Source: an uncultured virus (IMG/VR IMGVR_UViG_3300005436_000011) (lineage: Duplodnaviria; Heunggongvirae; Uroviricota; Caudoviricetes). From it: a stretch of 20,000 nt of DNA. Positions 13,604 through 20,000 of this stretch are shown here, in pieces; the first letter of the stretch is position 1; the number at the start of each line of letters is the position of its first letter. Made by a program: the position numbers and the translations under genes. Where the stretch lies: the IMG/VR virus record IMGVR_UViG_3300005436_000011. One strand, given 5' to 3'. The notes below the pieces were generated by a model. That model ran no database searches. It had not been told where the DNA came from and saw only the letters and a program-made list of their open reading frames with translations.

Positions 13604-13805
13604 GCGCGAGCTCAACGAGATCGCGAGACGGCACGGGTTCGGTCCGCTTCAGCGAACCTCGGGTGGCCACTACGTCACCCAGCACCTGGTCACCAGACGC
13701 AAGGTGTTCGTCAGCTTCAGCAACTCGGGCTCGGGCTCGAAGCTGCTGCAGCTGTTCGAGAGCGACCTGCGAAAGGCCAACGAGGGCCGGGCGAACCGAC
13801 GGTGA
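13590..13805 (+). CDS. HicA-like protein, copy 1
   Basis: Helix-GF-RTSGGHY-beta strands-helix (FESDLRK), compatible with the HicA dsRBD-like fold. RBS GGAGGTG. Confidence 0.55.
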   Translation: MIKRERELNEIARRHGFGPLQRTSGGHYVTQHLVTRRKVFVSFSNSGSGSKLLQLFESDLRKANEGRANRR

Positions 13806-14017
13806 GAAAGCACTGCCACGACATGAACGAGCTCGCCGCGAGGTACGGGTTCGACGAGGCCCGCCCGACGCGTGGCGGCCACCTCGTGTTCCAGCACCGC
13901 GTGAACGGCCGCAAGGTGTTTCACGCCAGCTCGCCGTCTGAGTCTCGATCCAACCGGAACTTCGAGAGCCAGCTTCGCCGCACCGCGCGGCTGCCGCCGG
14001 TCGGCGTCGACGCGTGA
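13802..14017 (+). CDS. HicA-like protein, copy 2
   Basis: GF...TRGGHLVF.H..G.KV..ASSPSE.RS.RNFESQLRR matches the actinophage HicA-like pattern (GH...S.TPSD.R...N...LRR). Confidence 0.65.
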   Translation: MRKHCHDMNELAARYGFDEARPTRGGHLVFQHRVNGRKVFHASSPSESRSNRNFESQLRRTARLPPVGVDA

Positions 14018-14033
14018 GGCGTGACCCATGGGG

Positions 14034-14062
14034 TTTACATTTTGCCGCGAGCAGGGTAGGCT
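14034..14062 (+). promoter_or_regulatory. Promoter TTTACA-N17-TAGGCT
   Basis: -35 at 14034-14039, -10 at 14057-14062. Confidence 0.8.
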
Positions 14063-14096
14063 GACACCGGATCAGGAACGAGGAACGGAGAGCGAG

Positions 14097-14312
14097 ATGA
14101 TCCAGGCTGAGATCAAGAGCGAGGCTGAGGCCCACGGCCACTTCGACGTTCGCGTCTACGACCAGGTGTGGCTCGAGGTTTGCCCCGAGGTGAGGGCGGC
14201 TCGCCTTGTTGACCGTGAAATGGGTCACGAGACGTTCGTGGACACCGATAAGCTCGACGCGGTCATCACCGCGTTCACCTCCGTCCGCGAGCTGCTCAAG
14301 GAGAAGATGTGA
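14097..14312 (+). CDS. Hypothetical protein
   Basis: ATG 14097 after GGAGAG; the longer ORF from 14028 overlaps the promoter. Confidence 0.7.
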   Translation: MIQAEIKSEAEAHGHFDVRVYDQVWLEVCPEVRAARLVDREMGHETFVDTDKLDAVITAFTSVRELLKEKM

Positions 14313-14539
14313 CCGACCGTCAGATCGCCAAGCCCACCGCGGAGGAGCTCAAGAGAGCGACCCAGGTCGCCCAGAAGCTGCCCTTCGCGGGCAGGATCCA
14401 CGTCACCGACTACGGGGTGTGGGTGGACGGCGCGGAACGCTGGGTGTGCCCGAAGTGCCTGACCGTCTGGGCGAACCGAGAGCTCCGCGCCAACCACTAT
14501 TGCCCGAACAAGCGGTGCGACCACCCGATCGCGCCGTGA
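14309..14539 (+). CDS. Zinc-ribbon protein, paralog A
   Basis: WVCPKC...CPNKRC. RBS AAGGAG, GTGA overlap. Confidence 0.75.
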   Translation: MTDRQIAKPTAEELKRATQVAQKLPFAGRIHVTDYGVWVDGAERWVCPKCLTVWANRELRANHYCPNKRCDHPIAP

Positions 14540-14576
14540 CGACCCGAGAACCACGAGTCGAGAGGAACGATGAACG

Positions 14577-14795
14577 ATGAGCATGACCCTGCGTGAGGCC
14601 GTCGACAAGGTCGTCGAGCACACCCGCACCAAGGAGCGCAAGCCCAATTTGTCCACCGACCGCGCCCTGGCGCTGGTCCGGCAGCTGACCGAGGTCGACG
14701 TCAGTCGCCTGACCCGGGACGTGGACCTGCGCAACGCCTACGTCCAGGTTCTGGTGTCCTCGGACGCGCAGATCGCTGAGGCGCTGCGTGGGTAA
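14577..14795 (+). CDS. Hypothetical helical protein
   Basis: RBS GAGAGG upstream. Confidence 0.7.
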   Translation: MSMTLREAVDKVVEHTRTKERKPNLSTDRALALVRQLTEVDVSRLTRDVDLRNAYVQVLVSSDAQIAEALRG

Positions 14796-15027
14796 CCACT
14801 CGCGCTTCACGCCGCCACCGACCCGAGACGAGCTGACCCAGGCCGAGTACGTCGCGTGGATGCTGCAAGGCACGACCAACGTTCGGGTCACCGAGCACGC
14901 GGTCTACGCGTTCGGTGCGGAGGCCTGGGTCTGTCCCAGGTGCCTCAGGCCGAATCACCCGATGCGGGAGGGCAAGATGCCCATCGTGCCCACGGCCTGC
15001 AAGCGCTGCCACACGAGGCTGCTGTGA
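14788..15027 (+). CDS. Zinc-ribbon protein, paralog B
   Basis: WVCPRC...CKRC; aligns with 14309-14539. Confidence 0.75.
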   Translation: MGNHSRFTPPPTRDELTQAEYVAWMLQGTTNVRVTEHAVYAFGAEAWVCPRCLRPNHPMREGKMPIVPTACKRCHTRLL

Positions 15028-15236
15028 CCGGTCGGCCGGAGCCGATCTGCCCGCAGATTCACAGCTCGCTCGGATACGTGTGCTGGCCGGCAAAATACCA
15101 GCGAGACCTGCCGCACGCCTCCACCTACTGCTGCGGTGCGGCCGACTGCGTCGAGGACGCGGCGGACTGGGTGGAGAGCGTCACGGGCCACCGGGGTGAG
15201 TGGCACCCGTTCGTGAAGCAGACGAGGAACCGATAG
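15024..15236 (+). CDS. Small Cys-rich hypothetical protein
   Basis: GTGA overlap; PHASTYCC...C...A..WV...TGH motif. Confidence 0.65.
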   Translation: MTGRPEPICPQIHSSLGYVCWPAKYQRDLPHASTYCCGAADCVEDAADWVESVTGHRGEWHPFVKQTRNR

Positions 15237-15244
15237 GAGATCAG

Positions 15245-15517
15245 ATGAGCTCGGGATCCAGGCAGGATCAGGACTGGCAGCCCAAGAACTCCAAGACCGT
15301 CAAGGCGGAGACCATCCGGAAGGGTGACCTCGTGCTGAACAGCACGTGCAGCGCGTGGTACCTGATCACGACCGTCGACACCTACCCGGCGGAGGGCCGG
15401 GTCATGATGTACGGGAACGAGGTGCTGGGTGAGACCGCACCCGGCAGGTACCTGCTCGGCAAGAGCCTTGGTCGGCTGAACGCCGTGTTCGGCGAGAACC
15501 GCATCCTCGGCTGGTAG
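15245..15517 (+). CDS. Hypothetical protein (SH3-like)
   Basis: RBS AGGAG, ATG 15245; AETIRKGDLV...WYLITTV. Confidence 0.72.
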   Translation: MSSGSRQDQDWQPKNSKTVKAETIRKGDLVLNSTCSAWYLITTVDTYPAEGRVMMYGNEVLGETAPGRYLLGKSLGRLNAVFGENRILGW

Positions 15518-15564
15518 CGTTCGTGGGTCCCGGGCGAGCCCGCTCGTCCGGGAGCCCTCGAGCG
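15518..15564 (+). terminator. Long imperfect hairpin after stop codon
   Basis: TCCCGGGCGAG / CTCGTCCGGGA core, extended by CGTTCGTGGG / CCCTCGAGCG. Confidence 0.55.
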
Positions 15565-15591
15565 AGGAGCGGCTGAGAGGAGAACGACGCG

Positions 15592-15948
15592 GTGAACCGA
15601 ATCACGCGCCAGGAGGTGTCCTTCGGGTTCACCATCCCGGAGTCAGGCAGCGCCATCAGCTCGCTGCTGGCGACCGTCGAGACCGCGAACGGCACCCACC
15701 ACCGGCTGGGCGTCCTGCAGAGCGTGGCCAACCTGCCGGCCGGGCCGGCACGGATCAACCTCGAGCTGCTGCTCACGGTGCCGGAGCCGCCACCGCCGCG
15801 ACCGAGGACGCTGCGCGACAAGCTCTGGGAGATCCTGTCGGACAGCGACGGGGACGGACCCGACAACCAGGTGAACGCGGTGCTCGAGCTGCTGAGCGAG
15901 GAGGAGAACCTGCCCGACCAGATCGACGCGCTGTTGGATGAGAACTGA
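15592..15948 (+). CDS. Hypothetical protein with Pro linker and acidic helical C-terminus
   Basis: RBS GAGGAG. Confidence 0.72.
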   Translation: MNRITRQEVSFGFTIPESGSAISSLLATVETANGTHHRLGVLQSVANLPAGPARINLELLLTVPEPPPPRPRTLRDKLWEILSDSDGDGPDNQVNAVLELLSEEENLPDQIDALLDEN

Positions 15949-15960
15949 GAGGAGAACCAG

Positions 15961-16191
15961 GTGAGGGTGATCAAGGGCGTGCACGTCGGCAAGACGGTGA
16001 CGCCGCACCAGTTCTGCAATGACTGGGTGACGGTCAAGGAGCTGCCGGGCGAGGTGCTCTCGCCGCTCATGCTGCGGGTCGAGACCAAGGCGGAGCGGGA
16101 CTTCTTCCAGAACGACCCGAACCCGGGCGTCTTCTGGAACCTGTTTGAGATCGCCCGGGACGGCTGCTTCGTGCGAAAGCTGTCGCGGTGA
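15961..16191 (+). CDS. Hypothetical protein
   Basis: RBS GAGGAG. Confidence 0.72.
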   Translation: MRVIKGVHVGKTVTPHQFCNDWVTVKELPGEVLSPLMLRVETKAERDFFQNDPNPGVFWNLFEIARDGCFVRKLSR

Positions 16192-16403
16192 TGGGCCGGG
16201 TCAAGGTGGAGCGCTACTGCACGTGCGGCGCCGAGCTCATCATCGAGGCGAGCGACCTCAAGGCGGTCCAGATCGGCGACCAGCGCTTCGGCGAGATCCA
16301 CTCGGGTGAGGGCCACCGCCCGGTCACGCGGCGCGAGGCCGCCCGGGCGCGCCGCCGGCAGCTCCTCCGGGACGCGGAGGAGCTGGGTCGCCGTGAGCGG
16401 TGA
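16191..16403 (+). CDS. Small C-x-C...H-x4-H protein
   Basis: TGATG coupling; YCTCGA...HSGEGH. Confidence 0.68.
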   Translation: MGRVKVERYCTCGAELIIEASDLKAVQIGDQRFGEIHSGEGHRPVTRREAARARRRQLLRDAEELGRRER

Positions 16404-16668
16404 GCTGACCCTCGCGGACCTGCGGGCCCGCATCGCGGCACGCGGCCTCAGCTCGCGGATCAAGGTCGTCGGCGACCCCCGGCGGGTTCACCGCCTCGAC
16501 ATCACGCTCGAGGAGTTCGACCGCTGGCTCGACGAGACCGAGGCCGACGGCACCGGCGTCCTGATCAGGGTGGGGGTGCGACGTCGCCAGCACCTCTGGC
16601 AGCTGGTGATCGACCGGGTTCGGAACGTCAACAGGTTGAGGATCAACGGGCGAGGCCGCGATGCCTGA
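16393..16668 (+). CDS. Hypothetical protein
   Basis: GTG 16393 downstream of GGAGGAG; fits the gene chain. Confidence 0.6.
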   Translation: MSGELTLADLRARIAARGLSSRIKVVGDPRRVHRLDITLEEFDRWLDETEADGTGVLIRVGVRRRQHLWQLVIDRVRNVNRLRINGRGRDA

Positions 16669-16876
16669 CGCCGACTACGAGGAGTTCGCCGCGGCCGAGG
16701 AGCCGGACCCCACCCACCCCAGCATGCCCGTCGGCTACCGTGACCTCGGCTACTCCGACGAGGTTAACTGGGACCGGTCCTGGCACCTCCACGTGAACCG
16801 TCAGCGTGCCTGCTGCACCACGCGGTGGGGGCGCCTGTGGTTCCGAGTGATGGGACGACATTGGTTCAGCGGCTGA
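16661..16876 (+). CDS. Hypothetical protein
   Basis: RBS GAGG, ATG. Confidence 0.55.
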   Translation: MPDADYEEFAAAEEPDPTHPSMPVGYRDLGYSDEVNWDRSWHLHVNRQRACCTTRWGRLWFRVMGRHWFSG

Positions 16877-17061
16877 GGGACGCGCTGCGGTCCTGGGCGC
16901 TGCGCCGGCTCGGGGTACCCTGCGGCGCCTACGGCGGGCGCTGGGCGGAGGGCGACCGCTGGTGCCTGCAGCCCTTCGGGCACGAGTGGTCGTGCTCCTA
17001 CGAGGTGTGCTTCCAGCCCCTGTGGCGGCTGCGGGCCCGGCGGCGGGGCTGGGACGCCTGA
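16825..17061 (+). CDS. Small Cys/His/Trp-rich protein (start uncertain, possibly TTG 16861)
   Basis: CGA...WCLQPFGHEWSC pattern; ends just before promoter region. Confidence 0.5.
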   Translation: MGAPVVPSDGTTLVQRLRDALRSWALRRLGVPCGAYGGRWAEGDRWCLQPFGHEWSCSYEVCFQPLWRLRARRRGWDA

Positions 17062-17074
17062 CCCTGGCCTAGAC

Positions 17075-17093
17075 TGTTTACATCTGGTACGAT
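17075..17093 (+). promoter_or_regulatory. Extended -10 (TGG-TACGAT) with a fifth TGTTTACA motif only 5 bp upstream of the hexamer
   Basis: TTTACA at 17077-17082, TACGAT at 17088-17093; spacing differs from the four canonical copies. Confidence 0.5.
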
Positions 17094-17147
17094 TGCAGCA
17101 GCAACAAGAGCTGATCGGAACCAGGAACCGAGCGAGAGGAGACCCAG

Positions 17148-17408
17148 ATGGCGAGCGTGGAGCAGGTGAGGGGACAGATCAACCTCGCGAAGGAGCAGGC
17201 CGAGCGCGGGACCCAAGCCCTGCAGCAGGCCGAGCAGGAGATCGGCCACGCGCAGCAGGCCTTCCAGGAGGCCGCGCAGGGCAGCAACCAGTCCGAGGCC
17301 AGCGACGTGAACAACATGTTCACCCACGCGCTGCAGAAGATCGGTGAGGCTCGGGACGCGGTCATGGCCGCGGTGAGCCAGGCCGAGAGCTACGCGGGGC
17401 GACTGTGA
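17148..17408 (+). CDS. WXG100-like helical hairpin protein (86 aa)
   Basis: Two long Ala/Gln/Glu amphipathic helices joined by a QGSNQ turn; C-terminal AESYAGRL; no literal WxG. RBS GAGGAG. Confidence 0.55.
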   Translation: MASVEQVRGQINLAKEQAERGTQALQQAEQEIGHAQQAFQEAAQGSNQSEASDVNNMFTHALQKIGEARDAVMAAVSQAESYAGRL

Positions 17409-17620
17409 GCCACCTCGACGACTACGCGCGTGACCTCAAGCGCCAGGTGAGCTGGCTCAGGCAGCACCACCGCACCCTGGAGCTGGGCCTCAAGCGCCTC
17501 GAGGACAAGAGGGAGCGCGAGCGCCTCGGCGTCATCCTGATCCAGCTCGAGGCAAGCAAGATCGTCGGGGACGACGACCTGGCCTGGGCCCTGGCCACGT
17601 GCCGGAGGGCGCTGAGCTGA
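17405..17620 (+). CDS. Small coiled-coil hypothetical protein
   Basis: GTGA overlap. Confidence 0.68.
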   Translation: MSHLDDYARDLKRQVSWLRQHHRTLELGLKRLEDKRERERLGVILIQLEASKIVGDDDLAWALATCRRALS

Positions 17621-17853
17621 TGCCCAGGAAGGGAACGATGAAGGCGCGGGTGCGCTGCCCGTGGTGCAACAAGCCCGACACCCTGCTGCTGATCACCGAC
17701 CGCGCCGGCGGCAGCGGCGTCGACAACCAGCTGTACACGCACGGCGGCCTGTACGAGGACCCCGACACGGGCAAGCCGTTGGACTGCAAGGGCAGCGGGC
17801 GGTCGATCCCGAACCGGGACGTGCCGCCGATGAGCGAGTGGAGGAAGTGGTAG
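17620..17853 (+). CDS. Small Zn-binding protein (CxxC...H...C)
   Basis: RCPWC...LYTH...CKGSG. TGATG coupling. Confidence 0.7.
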   Translation: MPRKGTMKARVRCPWCNKPDTLLLITDRAGGSGVDNQLYTHGGLYEDPDTGKPLDCKGSGRSIPNRDVPPMSEWRKW

Positions 17854-18065
17854 TGGCCGACGAGCCCACGTTCAACGAGCTGACCGACCGCCAGGAGCGG
17901 TGGTACCGCGAGAACGGCGTCGCCCTCGAGACCGCGGTGACGACGGAGCGCGACCCGGCCACGGCCGCGGAGCTGAGGCTGCTTCTGAACTACCTGCGCC
18001 TCGGCACGACGATCACGCCGGCGAGGCTTCGCTGGCTGGACGAGTACCTGGGAGGTACCAAGTGA
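17853..18065 (+). CDS. Hypothetical protein
   Basis: RBS GGAGG; TAGTG coupling. Confidence 0.68.
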   Translation: MADEPTFNELTDRQERWYRENGVALETAVTTERDPATAAELRLLLNYLRLGTTITPARLRWLDEYLGGTK

Positions 18066-18256
18066 GTGACGCGGTGGAGCGTGAGGACGGCTTTCACGTG
18101 AGCAGCTTCTGCCAGGACGGTGGCTGCGTGGGGGTTGCGGTGAGCGAGGCGACGGTGTCGGTCCGGGACGAGAAGAGCCCGAGCCACGGTCGCATCACGG
18201 TGCCGCGGCCCGCGTGGCGCGCGTTCACGGCGAGCGTTGGAGACCTGGCCCCGTGA
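18062..18256 (+). CDS. DUF397 (BldB/Scr2-like) protein
   Basis: F..SSFC..GGCVGVA.....V.VRDEK.P....I......W.AF...V matches DUF397 consensus W.KSS.S...CVEVA...VRDSK.P...L.F...W.AF. RBS GGAGG. Confidence 0.8.
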   Translation: MSDAVEREDGFHVSSFCQDGGCVGVAVSEATVSVRDEKSPSHGRITVPRPAWRAFTASVGDLAP

Positions 18257-18594
18257 CCGAGGACGACGTCCTGCTCGCGTGGCTGCGGGCCGCCCTGGTG
18301 GCGGTCCGCAGCACCGCGGAGGCCCTGGAGCGGTCCGGGGAGTACCTGGCGACGGTGAGCGGGATCCCGGCCGCGTCCCTCAGCGCCCGAACCCTGCTCG
18401 ACGGGGTCGCCGCCGACGCGGCGATCCTCGAGGAGCACACGACCGGCGGCGTCGCCCAGTGCTCGCGGTGCCTGCGGCTGATCGATGACGCGGGCACGCC
18501 GCGGGCCTTCGTGGGAATCTGCCCCACGCTGCGGTTCGTGGCCACGCGGTACCGCCACGCCGTGCCCGGCTGGCGCGGGGAGTGGGCGTCGTGA
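18253..18594 (+). CDS. DUF6221-like protein
   Basis: LLAWLRA.L...R.L..V.A..AILEEH...C..C...CPTLR.VA..Y....GWR.EW pattern. Confidence 0.7.
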   Translation: MTEDDVLLAWLRAALVAVRSTAEALERSGEYLATVSGIPAASLSARTLLDGVAADAAILEEHTTGGVAQCSRCLRLIDDAGTPRAFVGICPTLRFVATRYRHAVPGWRGEWAS

Positions 18595-18887
18595 GCGCCG
18601 CGACGGCTGCCTGGCTCGTGGCGGTGTACGCGCTCGGCTCCGCGGACGTCCTGCTTTTCGAGGGGTTCGGGTGGGTGCAGGACGCGCTCTACGCACACCA
18701 CGTCCGGCGCTGCGACGAGGACCACGGTGACTGGTCACCGCGGTGGGCCGCCGGCTGGAAGGTGGGGGTGGCTGGGTCCCTGCTGCGCGCCACCCTGTGG
18801 CCGGTGACGCTGACGTCCGACCTGCTGGATTGGGTCAGGGAGCTGCGGGTCAGGCGTGCCGCGCGACGCGAGGAGGAAGGCGAGTGA
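18591..18887 (+). CDS. Putative membrane protein
   Basis: Two hydrophobic segments, LWPV motif, basic tail; GTGA overlaps. Confidence 0.65.
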   Translation: MSAATAAWLVAVYALGSADVLLFEGFGWVQDALYAHHVRRCDEDHGDWSPRWAAGWKVGVAGSLLRATLWPVTLTSDLLDWVRELRVRRAARREEEGE

Positions 18888-19210
18888 GCCGAACCTGGCT
18901 GGGCCCGCGGGGCCGCGTCGCGGACGACGCGTGGCGACCCCCAGCGGGGTTGTCCCAGGGGGACCGCGCCGCGGAGCAGGACGCCGCTGCCGGAAGCCGC
19001 GCGGCGCGGACCCGTCCCGACGGCAAGCTCGCGTCGGTGCTGCTGCGGGCCGCCCCGTCCGGCAACCACGTGTACGCCTACCTGCACTGGCGCGAGGCGG
19101 GCAAGGCCAGCGACAGCATCGTGTACCTCGGGGAGGTCTTCTACCCCACGCGCGCCGCGAACCTCGTGGAGGCGTGGTCCCGAGCCCTGACGAGAGGAGC
19201 CCTTCGGTGA
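18884..19210 (+). CDS. Stand-alone homolog of the N-terminal domain of long actinobacterial Vsr proteins
   Basis: RAAEQDAAAG...DG..ASV.LR...VYAYLHW...YLGEV...TRAANL.EAW. RBS GGAGGAAGG. No nuclease domain follows. Confidence 0.55.
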   Translation: MSRTWLGPRGRVADDAWRPPAGLSQGDRAAEQDAAAGSRAARTRPDGKLASVLLRAAPSGNHVYAYLHWREAGKASDSIVYLGEVFYPTRAANLVEAWSRALTRGALR

Positions 19211-19494
19211 GCCTGACCACCTGCACGGCGTGCGGCGGTGAGAACGTCACCTACCAGGCGTTCAGTGGCGGTCGCGAGTTCTACTGCCGGGACTGCGAGA
19301 GCGCCCACCCCTACCCCGAGGAGCTGCTGCCGCCGCGGCTCAAGCTGCTCCGGGAGGGTCGAATCGACGAGCTTCGGGCACAGCTCAGGGCGGAAATGCT
19401 CCCACCTGGTGACCTGGTTGAGGTCGACGGCGTGCCCGCGATCACCGCGTTCTACCGGTGGGCGCAGGGCGATGACGGCGCGGTAGCTCCCTGA
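19207..19494 (+). CDS. Zinc-ribbon protein
   Basis: CTACG...YCRDC. RBS GAGGAG, GTGA overlap. Confidence 0.72.
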   Translation: MSLTTCTACGGENVTYQAFSGGREFYCRDCESAHPYPEELLPPRLKLLREGRIDELRAQLRAEMLPPGDLVEVDGVPAITAFYRWAQGDDGAVAP

Positions 19495-19691
19495 TGCCGC
19501 CCCGAGGCCTGCGCAGCGTGCGCTGCCACGGCGGCCCGTGGCACGGGGAGCGGCACCTGCTCGGTGCGGTGGAGAGCTCCCTGCCGGTGCCGGGCGTGGC
19601 GACGTTCCGGTACGAGCTGCGGCGAACGACCCGCGGCGAGGAGATCCTGGAGTGGTCCTTCGTGTGGAGAGGTGGTGAGGCTAGTGAGTGA
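19494..19691 (+). CDS. Small hypothetical protein (GGPWHG motif)
   Basis: TGATG coupling. Confidence 0.62.
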   Translation: MPPRGLRSVRCHGGPWHGERHLLGAVESSLPVPGVATFRYELRRTTRGEEILEWSFVWRGGEASE

Positions 19692-19884
19692 GACGTGGCT
19701 GACCAGCGCCGACCCCGAGCCCGGGGAGGGCGCGGCCGTGGAGACGGAGGGCCTCGTCCGGTTCGACCGCGGGTCGGATGACCTGCTGCCCGCGGCGTGG
19801 ACCTCGGAGCACGGGGAGCCCGCCACGTGGCGGAAGCTCGCCGGCAACTGGGGGCCGGTGCGGCTCGTGAGGGAGGCCGGGTGA
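19684..19884 (+). CDS. Small hypothetical protein
   Basis: RBS GAGG; DPEP.G..V...W..L...GPV pattern. Confidence 0.62.
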   Translation: MSETWLTSADPEPGEGAAVETEGLVRFDRGSDDLLPAAWTSEHGEPATWRKLAGNWGPVRLVREAG

Positions 19885-20000
19885 GCGGCCCGATCCTGAC
19901 CGAGCTGACGCGGGGCCTGGCGCGTCGGCTGAGGGCGCAGCGCCGGCTCGCGGCGCGCGCCACGGACGTCCGCGACCAGGTCCGCCGCGAGGCGCGCCTG
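19881..20000 (+). CDS. Hypothetical protein, truncated by window end
   Basis: RBS GGAGG, GTGA overlap, open to position 20000. Confidence 0.55.
   Translation, partial: MSGPILTELTRGLARRLRAQRRLAARATDVRDQVRREARL

Larger units (their letters stand above)
1..20000 (+). mobile_element. Actinobacterial phage/prophage-like (or phage-plasmid) accessory region carrying a TraB-type transfer module
   Basis: Dense, co-oriented small ORFs with overlapping stop/start codons. Several families are typical of actinophages/prophages (HicA-like, DUF6221-like, MGTNYY..HIGKSS protein). Repeated early-type promoters, no housekeeping operons. No structural gene or integrase in the window. Confidence 0.7.

Overview
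GC-rich actinobacterial mobile DNA, most consistent with the early/accessory arm of an actinophage, prophage or phage-plasmid. About 50 mostly small genes all lie on the + strand, chained by GTGA/TGATG overlaps and re-driven by repeated TTTACA-N17-TANNNT promoters. No virion, integrase, replicase or RNA gene is visible, so the element type is inferred. Two things stand out. (1) A ~6 kb Streptomyces-plasmid/AICE-like DNA-transfer module (2722-8582): an Spd/DUF2637-like membrane protein with a C-terminal HTH, a TraA-like membrane protein, a TraB/FtsK-type ATPase with a C-terminal winged helix, and a YdjM-like hydrolase. About 50 TGNCA/GTGNCAC palindromes are written into the coding sequence of the first two genes, and a TGTCATATG palindrome cluster follows traB. 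(2) A stand-alone UDP-sulfoquinovose synthase (sqdB) with no glycosyltransferase partner in the window. Also present: an MSMEG_6728-family pyrimidine-dimer glycosylase-like gene, tandem HicA-like genes without an antitoxin, an orphan DUF397/BldB-like gene, a WXG100-like helical hairpin, a DUF6221-like gene and a stand-alone copy of the N-terminal domain of long actinobacterial Vsr proteins. All family calls come from motif recognition by eye, not database searches.
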